Assembly: GCF_009914755.1 (NCBI RefSeq)
Contig: NC_060942.1
DNA from: the human T2T-CHM13v2.0 reference genome, Homo sapiens
Strand: one strand, 5' to 3'
DNA length: 64,000 bases
Positions 48,215 to 63,200 of the stretch are shown here, piece after piece. Made by a program: the position numbers and the translations under genes. Each line of letters starts with the position of its first letter. Within the stretch, counting starts at the first letter, position 1. Under the pieces are notes generated by a model. It was given only the letters and a program-made list of their open reading frames with translations. It was not told the origin of the DNA and made no database searches.

Positions 48215-48792
48215 CACTAATAAGACATTCCTTTTCTTTACTTGCTATCTTGTTCTCATCAAATCTGTCCCTAGCCATTCTTATTACTTTTGTGCAGACA
48301 ACTCCCAAAGTTGCATTCAGCTCACATTTATCTTTTCAGGTCTAAACTCATATATTCATTGGCTTTCTTGGCATTACCACAATGTCCCAGTAGAACCACA
48401 GTTGAGTGTGACTAAAGGTAAATCCACTTCAGCACGTATTCTTCATGTATTTTTTATCTCGACTAATGACACTATCATTCACCTAGTTGTCCACTTTTAG
48501 CTATAATTTATTGAGGTATAATTTATATACAGTAAACTGTCATTTGAAGTATATAATTAGATCAGTTTTGACCTATATCCACCTGTGAAACCACCACCAC
48601 AGTCAAGATATAAAAGATTTCCGTCATCCCCAGAAGTTTTCTCATGCCACTTTGCAATGTTTATCCTCTATCTACCCTTGACCTAGGGAACCAAGTTCAT
48701 TATCTACCTTTAGTCACTAGAGATTCGTTTGCATTTCTATAATTTTGTATAAATTGCATAATTTATATAAATTTCATATAAATACAAAATGT

Positions 48793-49723
<931 letters not shown>

Positions 49724-51849
49724 TGCTGACTGGTATTGTATTGTATGAATACATGACAGTTTGTTTAGTCATTCTCCTATTGATGGACACTTGGGCTATT
49801 TCTAGTTTTTGGCTAATATGAACAATGTGTTATGAACATTGGTGTTACAAGAGTTTCTGTGAACATGTTTTCATTTTTGGGGGGTAAATATTTAGCAACC
49901 CAATGGTAGATGTTCGTTTAATTTTAAAGGAAACTGCCAAACCATTTTCCAAAGTGTTTATACCATTTTGCATTTTCACTAGCAGTGTTTGAAAGTTCCA
50001 AATGCTCTACATTCTCTGCAGTATTTGGTGTTAATCTTTTAAATTTGAGCCATTCTAATGAGCTTGTAGTGGTATCTTATTGTAGCTTAAATTTGCATTT
50101 CTTTGATGGTGAATGATTTTGAGCATCTTTCCATGTGCCATTCAGATATCTTCATTTATGAGATGTGAGTTTAGATCTTTTGCCCATTTTTCTTATTGGG
50201 TTGTTATTGAGTTGTGAAAGTTCTTTTTATATGCTGGATATTAGTCCTTGTTAGGTATATGTATGTATTGAAAAATATTTTATCCTATTCTGTGGTTTCT
50301 TATATTCTTATTTATATTATATATTTTATTATATATTTCTTACATATTATCTAAAGGGTGTTGTTTTGAAAAGCAGAAGTTAAAATTTTTTTAAAGCCTA
50401 ATTTGTGAGGTGTTTTTTGCCTACTGTAAAGTCACAAAGATTTTTCTTGAGTTTTCTTCTAGAAGCTCTGTAGTTTTAAGTCTGTGATCCATTTTTGACT
50501 TTACCTTTTCCGTCACTGTCTATATTTGGATATCACTTGTAATAGATTTCTGTTTTAGAAAGGACTCATCCCCTTCCCCCAACCAGTAAGGACTCTCTTT
50601 TAGAATATTTTTGTTAAAGTGCTCGTTGTTTTTGTCTCTCACATTAAAACACCCTTCTCATTGGTGTCCTGCATATCATGTCTGCCTTCTCCAATCTATT
50701 TCCATAATGCCATAATGTCATAGGTTATTACTTTAAAATTACTCCAATCATTCGTGTTACTACCCTGCTGAAAAATCCTCAATAACTGTCAATTTCCCAA
50801 GAGTTGCCTAAATCTAGGTGATGTCACTTGTTGGAATCTCCATGTCATACCATATGACAAGGAGAGAGTGAATCAGCCAGTTTTCTATGTAAAGAATTAA
50901 TCAATCCCTAACTTGGAGGACTTAGCCATAACTTCTGTTATTATATTTACTGCATTCTATTGTCATTATTTTGTTAGATTGAACTCTTTTTAATGTATTA
51001 CCTTTGATATTCTTCCCAGCACCTCCTAGACCATTGTGATACAGGAGACTTTTTTTGAGGGAATAGTTGAGGAACCTTGGCAGTTAAAAAGACAGCGCTG
51101 GAAATCATTGACTTGAAGGGCAGACTGGGCAGCCAGTAAATTTTGGGTGCTATGTTGTTTTTAAAAATCATTTTATACTTAGAGGGGCTAACTTAAAGAG
51201 AATAATCTGGAAGACTAAATATAGCCTTTAGTTTAATTAGGAAATAGCTTCTGTTGAACCGGCAGTGAAGATGTGATGAGGAGAATGGTAAGAGTAAATT
51301 CATTATTTATTCTTTTGGTAGGAATAAATTCATTATTCTGAACTCCCTCTGACTTATTGTATACCGTGCTTATTCCATCAGGGCCTTGCTGTTGTTTTGC
51401 TCAGAGACATAGCTATTTAAGTGTAAGATTACATATTTTTAGAAATAATACAAGCGTGTGTTCAAATTAAGTTTATTCTTTAGAGGGTTTTTTTAAATGA
51501 AAGTAGAGCTCCAAAAAACACCTTGTAAAACTTCTATTACTGCTATTCTAAGGTAGTATACAGGCTAAGTATCCAGGAGATAGAATAATTTAGTCTGTGG
51601 AGTAACTGTTAGTTTATTGATTAATGTTTATAGCTTGATGATGTGGTATAGATTTTGAGTCATTCTTTAGCATATTTGCTCATATTATGCTTTGGAAATA
51701 TTTTAAATTAAGCCTTCTGACTTCTTTGGTCCCACAAGGTTAGCCGTAGGCTTGTATATTGTTAATTCAGGGAATGTTAGTGGCTGGAGTAATAAACTCA
51801 GAGGCTATTGAAAATTTGTAATGATTTTGTTGTATTCATATGTAATTAG

Positions 51850-52325
51850 ACCCTGTCATGCTCCTATTTAAAACCTTCCAGGGGTTTCCCATTGCACTTA
51901 GAATGAAATCTGAATGCCCTCCTAGGCCTTCATGCTCAGCCTTATCTCCTACCCCTCCTCCCCTTGGTAGCCTTGCTTCCGCTACTCTGCCTGAGCATGA
52001 AAGTGCATGATCTCCTTAGGCCTTTGTATTTGTGGTCCCGTCTGTTGGTAATCTTCTTTTCCAGACCTTCAGATTTTTTTTTTTCTTCAGGTTTCATATT
52101 AAATGTCACCTCCTCAGAGCAATCTTCAGCAGTCTCCATTCCTCTCTAGTCACCTATTCCATTACACTATTTTAACTGTCTCCATGGTACTTGTCACCCT
52201 GCCTCTTGTTGGTCAGTAATCCTCAGGAGAGTGGTTGCCTTGCTGTATGGTTTACTTACTGCAGTATCCCAGTGCATGGAGACACACAGCAGGTGCTTGG
52301 TGAGTGTGCAGAGGGATGAATGTCA
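51850..52325 (+). mobile_element. L2 3' end
   Basis: ttaaaaccttccag...cccattgcacttagaatgaaatc, aaatgtcacctcctcagag, cagcaggtgctt...gatgaatg. Confidence 0.75.
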
Positions 52326-52689
52326 TCTGTATCATCATCCTCACTGAAGTAACTGACAGTCAGAAACAACTTGTGACTAAATAGGTACTAATTGATATGA
52401 TTGTCTGTTTAAATTACTCAGTAATTGATTCAGCTTTTCATTACGTAGTACAGAATTTAATTATGGTAGAAACAGATACTGTCTTTTGTGGCTGGAGCTA
52501 TGCAGATTACAGGGTTCTGTCTCGTATTCAATTTGTCGGGTCATGATTTCTCATCATATCAATTCTTTAATGTAGCTAAATAATACTCTTCTTTTGGTTT
52601 TAAGTTTCGATTAATTCCAGAGGTGTTTTGGGACTTGCTGAAGTATCATCAGGCCATGTGTTCTGTTTTTTTTGAGTTAAAGCTTGGCT

Positions 52690-52865
52690 GAGGCAGGCTG
52701 GTAGATTGAGAGCTCTCTGGGCTGGAGGTCAGGAAGCCCAGCCTCTGGTTTTAGTTCTGCCAGTAGCCAACTGTCCACATGAATATTTTGGCCCTCAGTT
52801 CCCTAATTTATAAAATAATAGAGTTGAATGAAATGGTCTCAAATGTTAGTCTTTTTTTAACAGTG
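52690..52865 (+). mobile_element. MIR3-like SINE
   Basis: gggctggaggtcaggaag...ggccctcagttccctaatttataaaat...gaaatggtctc. Confidence 0.6.
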
Positions 52866-53379
52866 TATAATTATGTAATTCTGGGCAAGAACCAGTCATT
52901 TTGCGCTTGTGGGAATTTTTATAGGTTGTATGCGTATGTGGTATATATGATAGTTGTCCAGTTACCATTACGCTTTTCAAGAAGGAATAGTCGAGTTTGT
53001 TTTACTTAACTGAACATTAAAACATCTGAAGGATTCAGAAGTGGTCTAGTTTATTTCAGTTTTTGTTTGTTTTCATTTTTGTTAGTGGCTGCAATAAGAA
53101 ATACTGTACATGATTTATTGGGCATATTGATTTAAAAATTGGCAGTATTATTTAAGTGGATAATAAAGTTTTGTCTTAAGGATACTTATTTGGCCTTCTC
53201 ACAGTTTGAAGGTTCTCAACCTTTTTCTTCTTTGGAAGTCATTTGAGAATTTTATGATTGACTTGGCCTCATGTGTCCTACTTTAGCACATCAGTTTTAC
53301 TTAAGGTTCATATCATTCTTCATTGACATTAGATATGCATCAGTTTTAAGAAATCTTATAGAATGCTGAATGTTCCATT

Positions 53380-53560
53380 CCGTGTTCTGTAGTTCAGTGC
53401 TCATCAGAATCACCTTAGGATTTGTTAAAACATGGATTGCTGCTCCCCACCCTGAGTTTCTGATTCAGTAGGTCTGGAGTGGGACCTGAGAACTTGGGTT
53501 TGTAAGAAGTCCTTAGGTTATATCACTGCTGATCCAAGAACCATGCTTGGAGAACCTCTG
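53380..53560 (-). mobile_element. MER5A hAT MITE
   Basis: catcagaatcacct...gagtttctgattcagtaggtctggagtggg...gagaacctctg. Confidence 0.8.
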
Positions 53561-53839
53561 CTGTAGTTTGTCAAATTCTTTATTTGCATGTGCTGGCAGC
53601 ATTTTGATTAAGGAGTCTTCCTTACTGTATACTGATGCATCTCAACAATACACCTTGTGGTCCTTGGATTCCCTCATGCTATATGATACCTCATATCCTC
53701 TCCAGCTTCTTGGTTAGTGTGATACATAACACAGTTTTCAATGCCAGTGGAACTCTTAACAACAGGATGCTGCCAGTAACTTTAACCTTCCAGGTTGTGT
53801 GTTTCAATGGGAAAAGCATGCATTTAGACATTTGGGTTT

Positions 53840-54065
53840 ATTCTTGAGAACACTGGCTTTGGAATCCAAAAGGCCTTGGCTCAAAGGTTAGCTTTACCAC
53901 TTATTTGACTATTTGAGTTTGGGAAAACTATGTAACTCTTCTAAATCTTAGTTTCCTTAATTTAAAAATTGTTGAAATTTTATATTTGCCTCATAAGATT
54001 TTTGGGAGAGCTTAAGTAAATTAGATAAGGTATATAAAGTGCTCCGTAGATACTCAATAATTGAT
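53840..54065 (+). mobile_element. MIR SINE
   Basis: taactcttctaaatcttagtttcctt...gtagatactcaataa. Confidence 0.62.
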
Positions 54066-56034
54066 GGTCTTAGAAAAGTTTGTACATCAGTCTAAATGAT
54101 TATAACTTTGATGTGGCTTTGGACAAATTTTCTCTCCATTTCATGTCTTGCCTTAATGTGGGTTGCTCACCTAACCTGCCTACCAGGGCCTCGCCATGGA
54201 CAGTAGACAGGTGTCTGCTTCATCTTACGTGTTTGGAAATGCTATGTCTTGTTCCTGTCTAACCTGGCTCTATCACTGGGCTCTCAGTTTTGGCTCCTGG
54301 CTCCACATCAGGCCTTTCCTGCCCTGGTGACCTGTTGCTGCCTGTTTCTCTGACGCTCACCTTCACTTGTGAGAGTCACTGGGTTCTGGAGTGGTTTTGT
54401 ATTCCTCTTTCTGGCTCCATGTGAAAAACAGTGTGATTAGAGGTATATCTCTACCCTCCCACCTGGGATAAGATGATTTTTTTTTTCCACCAAATTAATT
54501 ATGTTAAATATGTGTGATTTTAATTTATAGTCAAACTGTCTTCTGCATTTTAAGCTCCAGTTTTAATGCTGCATGTTCATTAGAAACATAGCCTCATGAA
54601 GATAACTTTGATTTATTGTATTTTCTTAAAAAGGGCCTATATTCACCAGATTTTCATTAGCTTGGAATACATATGAGAAATTTTTAGCTGTGAGTCTTGC
54701 TGATTGGAATGAAGATTCCCCTAAGAAACTGTTTTAGTGACTAATAAAAGTTTTGTAAGAAAGTGCCAGTTGCCTCCATCACAAATAACACTTGGTAGCA
54801 GTGTTGGAGGTTCAGTGACTTGTCATTGTTTCACATTCTTTTTTGTTATGGTCATGAATTCTCTGTTGTCCTAAGTCCTATTGTAATATGTTTTCAGCCA
54901 TACTTTTGATTTCATGCTTTTCAGATGCCAAAGGGGTTTGTCTTTGTTACATATTTACGCAAACACTTCGCTGCCTATTTCCTCTTCACTTTACTGATGC
55001 TCCTCTTGCTCAACTGGAGGATGTCTGCCAAGAGGCATGAGTCTGCCTGTGCAGGTGTCTCCTAATCCTGATTTTTGCTTGTATTTGTGAACATGTGGCA
55101 AGCCTCTTCTGCTGAACCAAGTAAGGGTTGTGGAGAGAGAACAGAGGCACCAGACATAGACTAAGGTGTAAGGAGCAAGATGTAATAGTTTAACTCAATT
55201 GGATTTTTTAATTGGGTGGAATAATTCAGGGTTGCCACACAATATTATCACCTAAAAAGATGTGACTTACTGTGAAGGATTCAATACTAAATAATGGGGC
55301 TCTCTCTGCCATATATATTCTTGCTTAAAAGTATCTTAGTACAGTGCAGACATATTATATACAAATTTAATTTACATGAATTCAGCTATATGCACTCCAT
55401 CTTTTATATTAACTATAAGTGTTATATATGTGACAGAATTCACAAATGAAGGAATTTACAGCAATAATTTCAATAATATGTGATTTTATCCTATTCACTG
55501 ACTTTAATATCTATCCCTAGGTAAGATAGGGATAAATCTCCTATCCTATAAATTCTTACCTGTAAATTATTTGAGGGAAGGAGAAATAACAAGGGGTAGT
55601 GACTCTTGGCGGTGTTAAAGATGGCATAGCAAAAGGCAGTGCAGTGGTAATTTTTGACAGATTAAGATCAGATGTTTTCGGGGCAAAGCGCTATTTGTTT
55701 TTTGACTTCCAGTGGTCTGTTTTTTGACATCTGTTTGTGCTGTAGTAAAATTAATTTATTTACTTTTATAATGTTTTAAACACTTAGCCATAGTTTGGGT
55801 TGCTTCCAGCTCTCATAAGTAAATCACTTTGATGAGAGTTTATGAGAATCTTTAAATAATTTAGGGACCAATAAAATACTGTTCTTGCCAGAAGATAGAA
55901 ATGATACCCATCAATGGTACTCATGCTAAAACTTAGTGAGTTAAAAGTATTTGTTTTCAGAGTTTTAAAAAAAAAAAAAAAAGATGAGTCACGTATAGTT
56001 ACTAGGTCTTGATTCTGCTCCCCACAAGCCTTTC

Positions 56035-56343
56035 TTTTTTTTTTCTTTTTTTTTTTTTTTTGAGACAGAGTCTTGTTCTGTTGCCCAGGCTGGAGCACAG
56101 TGGCGTGATCTTGGCTCACTGCAAGCTCTGCCTCCTGGGTTCACGCCATTCACCTGCCTCAGCCTCCTGAGTAGCTGGGACTACAGGTGCCCGCCACCAT
56201 GTCTAGCTAACTTTTTTGTATTTTCAGTAGAGACGGGGTTTCACCATGTTAGCCAGGATGGTGCCGATCTCCTGACCTCGTGATCTGCCCGCCTTGGCCT
56301 CCCAAAGTGCTGGGATTACAGGCGTGAGCCACCACACCCAGCC
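56035..56343 (-). mobile_element. AluY, full length
   Basis: gcaagctctgcctcctgggttcacgccattc, ccaggatgg, gacctcgtgatc; TSD cacaagcctttc. Confidence 0.94.
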
Positions 56344-56978
56344 CACAAGCCTTTCAATAAATGCTATATTGTAATGGTTATTGTAACAAGAAGCTATTGT
56401 GCAGCACTCATGAAATGAGTATCTTTTCTGATCCATGAATAGCACTATTAAGGGGACACCTGAAGCCTTGAAGAAAAGCTTTTCTTTTGCCCTTTTTTCT
56501 TGATGCATTTTTTTTTTTCTCTTAGAATAGCTACCAGTTTATGTTTGGAATACAGCCTAATAACTTGTGCCTTAACCTAATTAAATCATGTTTCTTATGG
56601 GGTGAAATGATTGACTGTAGGCACAACAGTCCACATAATGGAAGTAAAAAAGCAATACGGAATTTATAGTTGACTTTTAGAGAACTTATACTTCTCACAA
56701 TTTTGGTCTGGTCTCTCATTCAAGAAAGGGCCTGAGAATGAGAAGAAAGATGGCCACAGCAAGAAAGGGCCTAGTGTCTGCCACCTGGCTAGGCAGAGCT
56801 GAAGCTGCTGGCTACAGCTCAGAGCACTTGTAACTCCAGACCCAGGCTCATGGCCTCCAAGGTTGTGCATTTTTAAGATTCAAGACGATGGGGAGTATTT
56901 TGAAGTTATTCTCATTCTCTGATTGTACTTTCCTCCTCCTAGACTTCACATGGGGCAGACAGTGGGGTATGTCTAAAG

Positions 56979-57140
56979 CAGTGGTTCTCATGAGCATTTG
57001 GCAACATCTGGAGACTTTTTCATTGTCACAAATAGAGGGATTACTTTGACATTTGTCATTGGACAGTGAAACATCCTACAATACACAGGATAGCCTCTCA
57101 GGAAAGAATTATCTGGCCCCAAATGTCAATAGTGAGAGTA
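56979..57140 (+). mobile_element. MER20 hAT MITE, partial
   Basis: cagtggttctca, catttggcaacatctggagac, aaacatcctacaatacacagga, ggccccaaatgtcaatagtg. Confidence 0.8.
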
Positions 57141-59837
57141 AAAGAGGAATGTAAAGTTTCTACTATAATAGTTTCATCCCAAAGGCTAATAGAAAGAAAG
57201 CAGGGACAGAATTCTTATTTTAGGCTTGAGGAGGGTAATAGAAGTTGGTGTACTATAACTCATGGTAGGTTTTGTAGCCATACCCATAAGCTGTCATCTT
57301 CAGAAGGAAGAGAAGTTTAAGGGCTAAGTTTGTTCCAGTGAAGGCCAACTTGCAGTTAAGTGAGTGGTGCAAAATCAGAAACTGCTAAAGCCACACATTT
57401 GTCTGTGTGCTGAAGAAATGGGAGAATTATCACTAATAAAACCTCATGTTGTTTGCAGATATATAACCTGCTTCAGTACGTGTTAACGTTTTGGACTATT
57501 TGGTCATTTCATTTAGTCCTAATTGAACTTTTTGAGAGTGAATTGGAACAGAGCACAAGCTAGTTTCACTGACACTTAAATCAACAGAAGATTATGGGGA
57601 TCCTTTTTTGAATTCAGTAATTGTGGTTTCCTTTTTGACGTAGTTGCCGTAATTGAGAAATTGAAGCATGGTCTGTTCAGGGCAAAATGAGTCATAAAAT
57701 CAGAAGATATATAGATATTTGTGGAAAAAAAGATTAATATAGCATAAATGCTAGAGGAGGGGAGAATAATTTGAAAAACTCCTTATTTATAACGAAGGCA
57801 ATTAAATCATAGCTCCAAAATTAGGTTGTTATAAAACATAGAAAACCAGATAATTGGTATGTTTTTCTGTTTGACTCTCAATTTTAAAGGACTGTAATTG
57901 ATATATTGTTTATATTGTTCACTAAATACAGTGTTTGGCTGATAGGGAGGGAATAGAGAATGCATGTGATCACTCAGAGATATTCAGTGCTTCTCCCCCA
58001 AAACAATTATAGTGCCGTGGCTGCCAACAGTGATGTCACAGTCAGTAGATAAAGAGCCATTTAAGACTCTCTGTATCATCCTCAGAAGGACAGGGAGAAT
58101 TTATGTAACATCTGAAGCAGTGTTAAGATTCCTGCTGTGTTCATCATTCAGGAAAGGAGAGAGTACTGTTTATAGAGGGAGAAGCGGTTGCTCTGTTTGT
58201 TAGAGCAAAAACAAATTCAAAGCAGTACCTTGGGACTGAAATAGAGAAATAAGGCTGGTTTCTCTACCTTTGTGCTGTGGCTATTAGAGATGGTGTTGGG
58301 CAAGATTGATCTACCTAGATTGTAAATTTTAGTACTGTTTATAGATTAGTAACATCCTTCTGGGGAGAAGAAAATGGCATTAATATAGACTTAAATTGTT
58401 TGTGGAAAAAAAGTTTCCTTACAGGCAAGAAAAGCGTAACATGAAAGTAGTTTTCCTAATGCCAAAGGCTTTCTCCGCTGCCCACTGTGCTGTTTTGCCA
58501 AAATTTTGGCATTGTTCTTTTCTCGGGTCATTACCGTTCATGCTGGATTTGGGGCCTAAGTAAAAAAGGAATATGCTGTCGGTTTAATTTTGGAGGTGAG
58601 GAAACCATGCCATCGTTTGGTATGGCAGGAGTGGGCCATGCAGGGGGAAGAGTGGTAAGCTGAACTGAATTGTATTTGAATATTTTCAGTCCATAGCCAA
58701 GTGCCTGACCTGCAACAAGTGCTTAATCAATAACTGTAATAATCATAGGTAGATACACATAGGGAGATGACTACTTCCTAAATATATCTCTTATCACCCT
58801 CTTTGACTTTCTATCCCTGCCTTAACTCAAGATTGTCATTAATTTCTTGTAGTCAGTTTAACCAGTGATAGCCTCTAGTGTGGTCCCTCAGTTTCTAGTC
58901 CCTTCTGCACACTGATGCCAGAGCATCTTCCTAAAAGAGAGACATTACATTTCTTAATATAGGCGTCTGTGGCTAATGCTCACAGGTAAAAGTCAGTTTT
59001 TAAAGTGTTCCTTGCAGTGTAAGGAGTAATAGGCATTTTAAAAGATAAACATCTTTATTCTATGTCTACAAGCCCTCTCCAGCAGACGGATGAGTCTGAT
59101 GCTTCCCATATCTTGAACTTTATGAATGGAACCATCAAGTTGGTTATCATTTATTATTATCACCATCTTGTTGTAGTATCACCATTTTGTTGTTGTTATT
59201 GTTGTTTTGTTTTGTGATCCTTAACTATCATTATTACTTTTGGTTGAGAGTTAAGTCCATGGAATCAGACTGTCTTGGCTGTTTTATTTCCTAGCTCTGT
59301 GACCTTGGGTAAGTTACTAATCTCGCTGCCTTATTTTCAAAGTTACTGTTCCCATTGTCTTTGCTTTTTGCAACAAACTTTTCATTTAAACATCTGATTT
59401 TCTTGATCAATATTAAGGAGAAAAAGTCATCTGCAATTTAAGAATGCTGTTTACAAAGCAAATGAATAAAAAATCATTGACTTTTTTTGTATCTACACTT
59501 AAAGGCTGTCCTAAGCTCTTGCTTTTAATAGTAGCTACACTTAGTAGAATGATTTTGGTAAAAGGTTCACAGTCTGCTCTGTGAACTGCCTCTTCTAAAA
59601 GCTACCAGTTGTGCCAAAGAAGTAATGACATTTGTCTTCATTTTTTGCAATGGTTTGTGCTGTTTATTTAGTATAAAATTTCTGATGTAACATAATTAGA
59701 ATGAGTATTTGGTCAGTTAATTGAAAAAGCTGGCTAAAGGAGAATATAAAATGTTTAAGGTAATTTGCAAATACTTTCCCCATCTTAGACTTTATCTAGA
59801 GGCAGGGAGGTGTAGAATACCTCTAAAGCGTGCATGC

Positions 59838-60282
59838 ATTCATTCATTTATTTATTTATTTAGAGACGGAGTCTCACTTTGTCGCCCAGGCCAGAGTGCA
59901 GGGAAAAAATTCAATTTTCTCTGGAATTTTAGATTCCAGAGAAAAGATGTTTTACTCAGGATGCCTTTTTTTTCTCTCTTTTCTTTTTAGCTTAACAGAT
60001 TGCTCTCAATTTTTGAAATATAGCTAACCCCAATTATCTGTATATGGTACACTCAGCCCACTGCAACCTCCACCTCCTGTAAATGATTCTCCTGCCTCAG
60101 CCTCACGAGTAGCTGGGACTACAGGCACGTGCCGCTACTGCCTGGCTAATTTTTGTATTTTTAATAGAGACGGGTTTTCGCCATGTTAGCCAGGCTGGTC
60201 TCGAACTTCTGACCTCAGATGATCCGCCCACCTCGGCCTCCCAAAGTGCTGGGATTAGAGGCTTGAGCCACCGTGCCCGACC
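59838..60282 (-). mobile_element. AluS split by a ~143 bp non-Alu insert
   Basis: Alu 59838-59901, insert ~59902-60044, Alu resumes tggtacactcagcccactgcaacc to 60282; flanks taaagc(g/a)t. Confidence 0.9.
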
Positions 60283-63200
60283 TAAAGCATCGTTTTGAAG
60301 GGAGGAACTGAGGGGAGCAAAGAATAATTCCTAGTTTAATATTCCGAGGATGACAGAAGCAGGAATGGAATTTTTATTTTAGTTCTTGCCTTGGAACCAG
60401 GGTATAGATTTTTATCAGCCTTTTCCCATTTACAGTTTCTTTCTGAACCTATTTTGGTATTTTTATTAATTGATTCACTTGATTGAGTTTCTCCAAAGCA
60501 TTTAGTTTAATTTTCACAGAAATTACTTTGCCTTCATATTTCACTGGTCTACGTAAATGTTATTAATAATGTAATTACAAGTACAATTAGCATTACCGTG
60601 CAGCGGGGGTGGGGGATAGGAATATGCTGTGCATACTAGTGGGGGATCCCATGGTGTTATGGATTTCACCGATGTGTTTTACTGAAGGAATGGAGATGTG
60701 TGGGTAATCCAGTGGGTTGGTTAAGTGGAACTTGGTTAAAAGTACATTTGCCCTGTTTAGAGTCTTTATCCAGACTGCTGCCTTTGGGAGAACATTGCTA
60801 GTTTTATTAGACCTCAATGGCACTGTATTCATTCAGTATCCTGTCATAAACATTTCATGTCTGTTTTATGTTATTTGATTTTTTCAATAATACATCAATG
60901 AAGACGTTATGCCAATAGCATTTTCTATCTGTTTGAAGCTGTGGTCTCCTGAGGCGCAGCAGAGAGGCCCTTTTAAGTTTGTTTTCTTTAAATTCCTTCC
61001 TTTGAATTGGTTGTTAACAGAGAACCCCTAGGCTTTATCTCCGGGAGGTGGATCCGCTTTCACTGCCCAGGTGTCCTGGGCACACTTGTATTTTTCTGAA
61101 TGAGCCAAGGTGGTAAAGCAGGGACTAGAATGGTGGGAATAGGGAAGGATGACTGTTGTCAGAGACAGAGACTAAGCAGGACTTGCAGTGCATGTGTAAT
61201 CTCACTGTAATTACCAGGGACAAGTTAGAAATCAGTCCCTCCCTTCTCAGTTTATATTGGAATAGTGTCTTCTGGCAAAAGGTGAAAGGTTTTTCCTTTT
61301 GTGTGCTGTTTATAACAGAGCACCATTTTATGTAATTCATGTGCTTTCAAAAATAGATGGGTAGTAAGAGGGTTTTTTTGTTTTTTTTTGTTTTTGTCAA
61401 AGAGCTGTTCTTGTTCAGTCTACCAAGGTGTGTCACCATAAATTGTAATTAAAACTTGTACATCTTATGTTTTTCAAAACATCAATCTTGAGTTGTAAAA
61501 TTACCATACCAAACCCTTTTTATACTGTACAACTTGTCTTTTTGGTACTGGTTGGATAAACCAAGAACAGAGTATTTTGAATTCCAGATAAAAGATGGTT
61601 TACTCACAATGCCTTTTTCCCCCTTTTTCCTATATATTTCTTATATCTTAGGTTCTTTCATCTCTTTGTATTCTTATGTCTGTTTTTCTGTTGTGCAAAG
61701 GGAACCAGTTCTACCAGGCCCTTTCATCTTGTTGTTAGCAAATAAGAGGTGTGTTTAAAAAAAAATAATAAAACAGAAAACCCAGCTTAACGTGCAATGG
61801 AAGTGGCTTGCCTCCATTCCCATCGCTGAGTTCTTAATGTTGTGGCAGGGAAGCCCATAAAGCTAAATTAAACAAAGCCACATCAAGGCTTTGTGTCAAG
61901 GCAATAAACCAGGCAGGGAGAACCACACTGATGTCAGATGAGCACACAGGGGGTGGGGAAGCAAGATGAGCTGAAAATATTTCAGGAGTCTGAACTATGC
62001 CGGGTGATTTCTTTCCTTAAGCATTAGTGAATATATGTAAGATTTTGTTGTTTTCCACAGAAACAAACAATGGCAGAGAGCATTTTCATATAAGTAGGTG
62101 ACATTTTTGTCTTAAAAGAATCGTTGCTTGAAAAAAATCTCAGATGGCTATATGTGTGTTTATGTGTGTATGTGTTGTGTGTAGCTGTATTGATCAAATG
62201 ACAGATTTAGTTGTTAAAAACAATGCCTTTGTTTTTGAAGAGTCACATGGACAAATAACGTTTCAGATTTTGTAAAACATCTGAATTGTTCCCAGAATTT
62301 TCTGGGCTTTTTTAAAAATATTGTTTGCAGAGGTGAAATACCTTGTTCTCTGCCTCAATGGTGTAGGTGCAGTAGGGGGTGGGGACTGACTCCCTCCATT
62401 CTTCATCAGTGTCTTCTCACACAGCACAAACCTTCTGCACCCTGATGCCTAGTCTCCAGGTACCATACTTTTTATCTTCAAGTTCCTGCTCTGTCTGGCT
62501 TTTGTTTCTTTATGCTGCAAATCCCTGATGCTGTTTGGAATGCACCTTTTTAGTTCTATAGGGCTGGGAAGTTCTGAGTGATGAAGGCAAGTAGTTCAAG
62601 GCCGCACCCGAGACCAATTTAATATATACATATATATGCATATTCATCTACATGAGTATAAGGAAAGTAAACATATAAACCTTTGATGCTTTTCACAGTA
62701 ACACATTTTCTTTGGCTTTTTCTTTAATGAGCTTGATAGGTCATTTATCGCAGTTGAAGTCCTGTGTGTCTAAGTATACTTATTTTCCAGCTAATTTTTA
62801 AAGATAAATTGTGTGTGAGGCTAGTGATTTCATGGGCTATTATGATGGAACAACAGCTAGGAATAACAGGAAATAAATACAGATTGCATAAAAGAGAGTC
62901 AATGCTTTCCATGAATTTTTTACAAATTTGGAAAGGTAAGACTATAAATAAGAAGGCTAAATAAATAGGCACACCTCACCTATTTAGTGTTTGGTTGTCA
63001 GTCAGCGATCACTTGCAAGCACAACCTTGGGCCAGGAGGCTAGCGAAAAAAGACCTCTAAGCAGCCCAAACAGACACTACAGAATTTCAATAAAACACGT
63101 GGGAGGAGGTATCAAAAGTAGCATTCATAAAGTAGGAGCCAGCAGTCTGGGACCTCAGTAGTATCCATGGATGTTTTATGAATATCATTTATTATACTCT

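Noticed and set aside
57847-57885. 11-mer matches to the distal part of the 59902-60044 insert
   Set aside because: Matches this short are expected by chance and are in [12 protein letters not shown] orientations.
62040-62100. Possible small exon after ttttccacag with ATG in good context
   Set aside because: In-frame TAA after 7 codons and only weak downstream donors.
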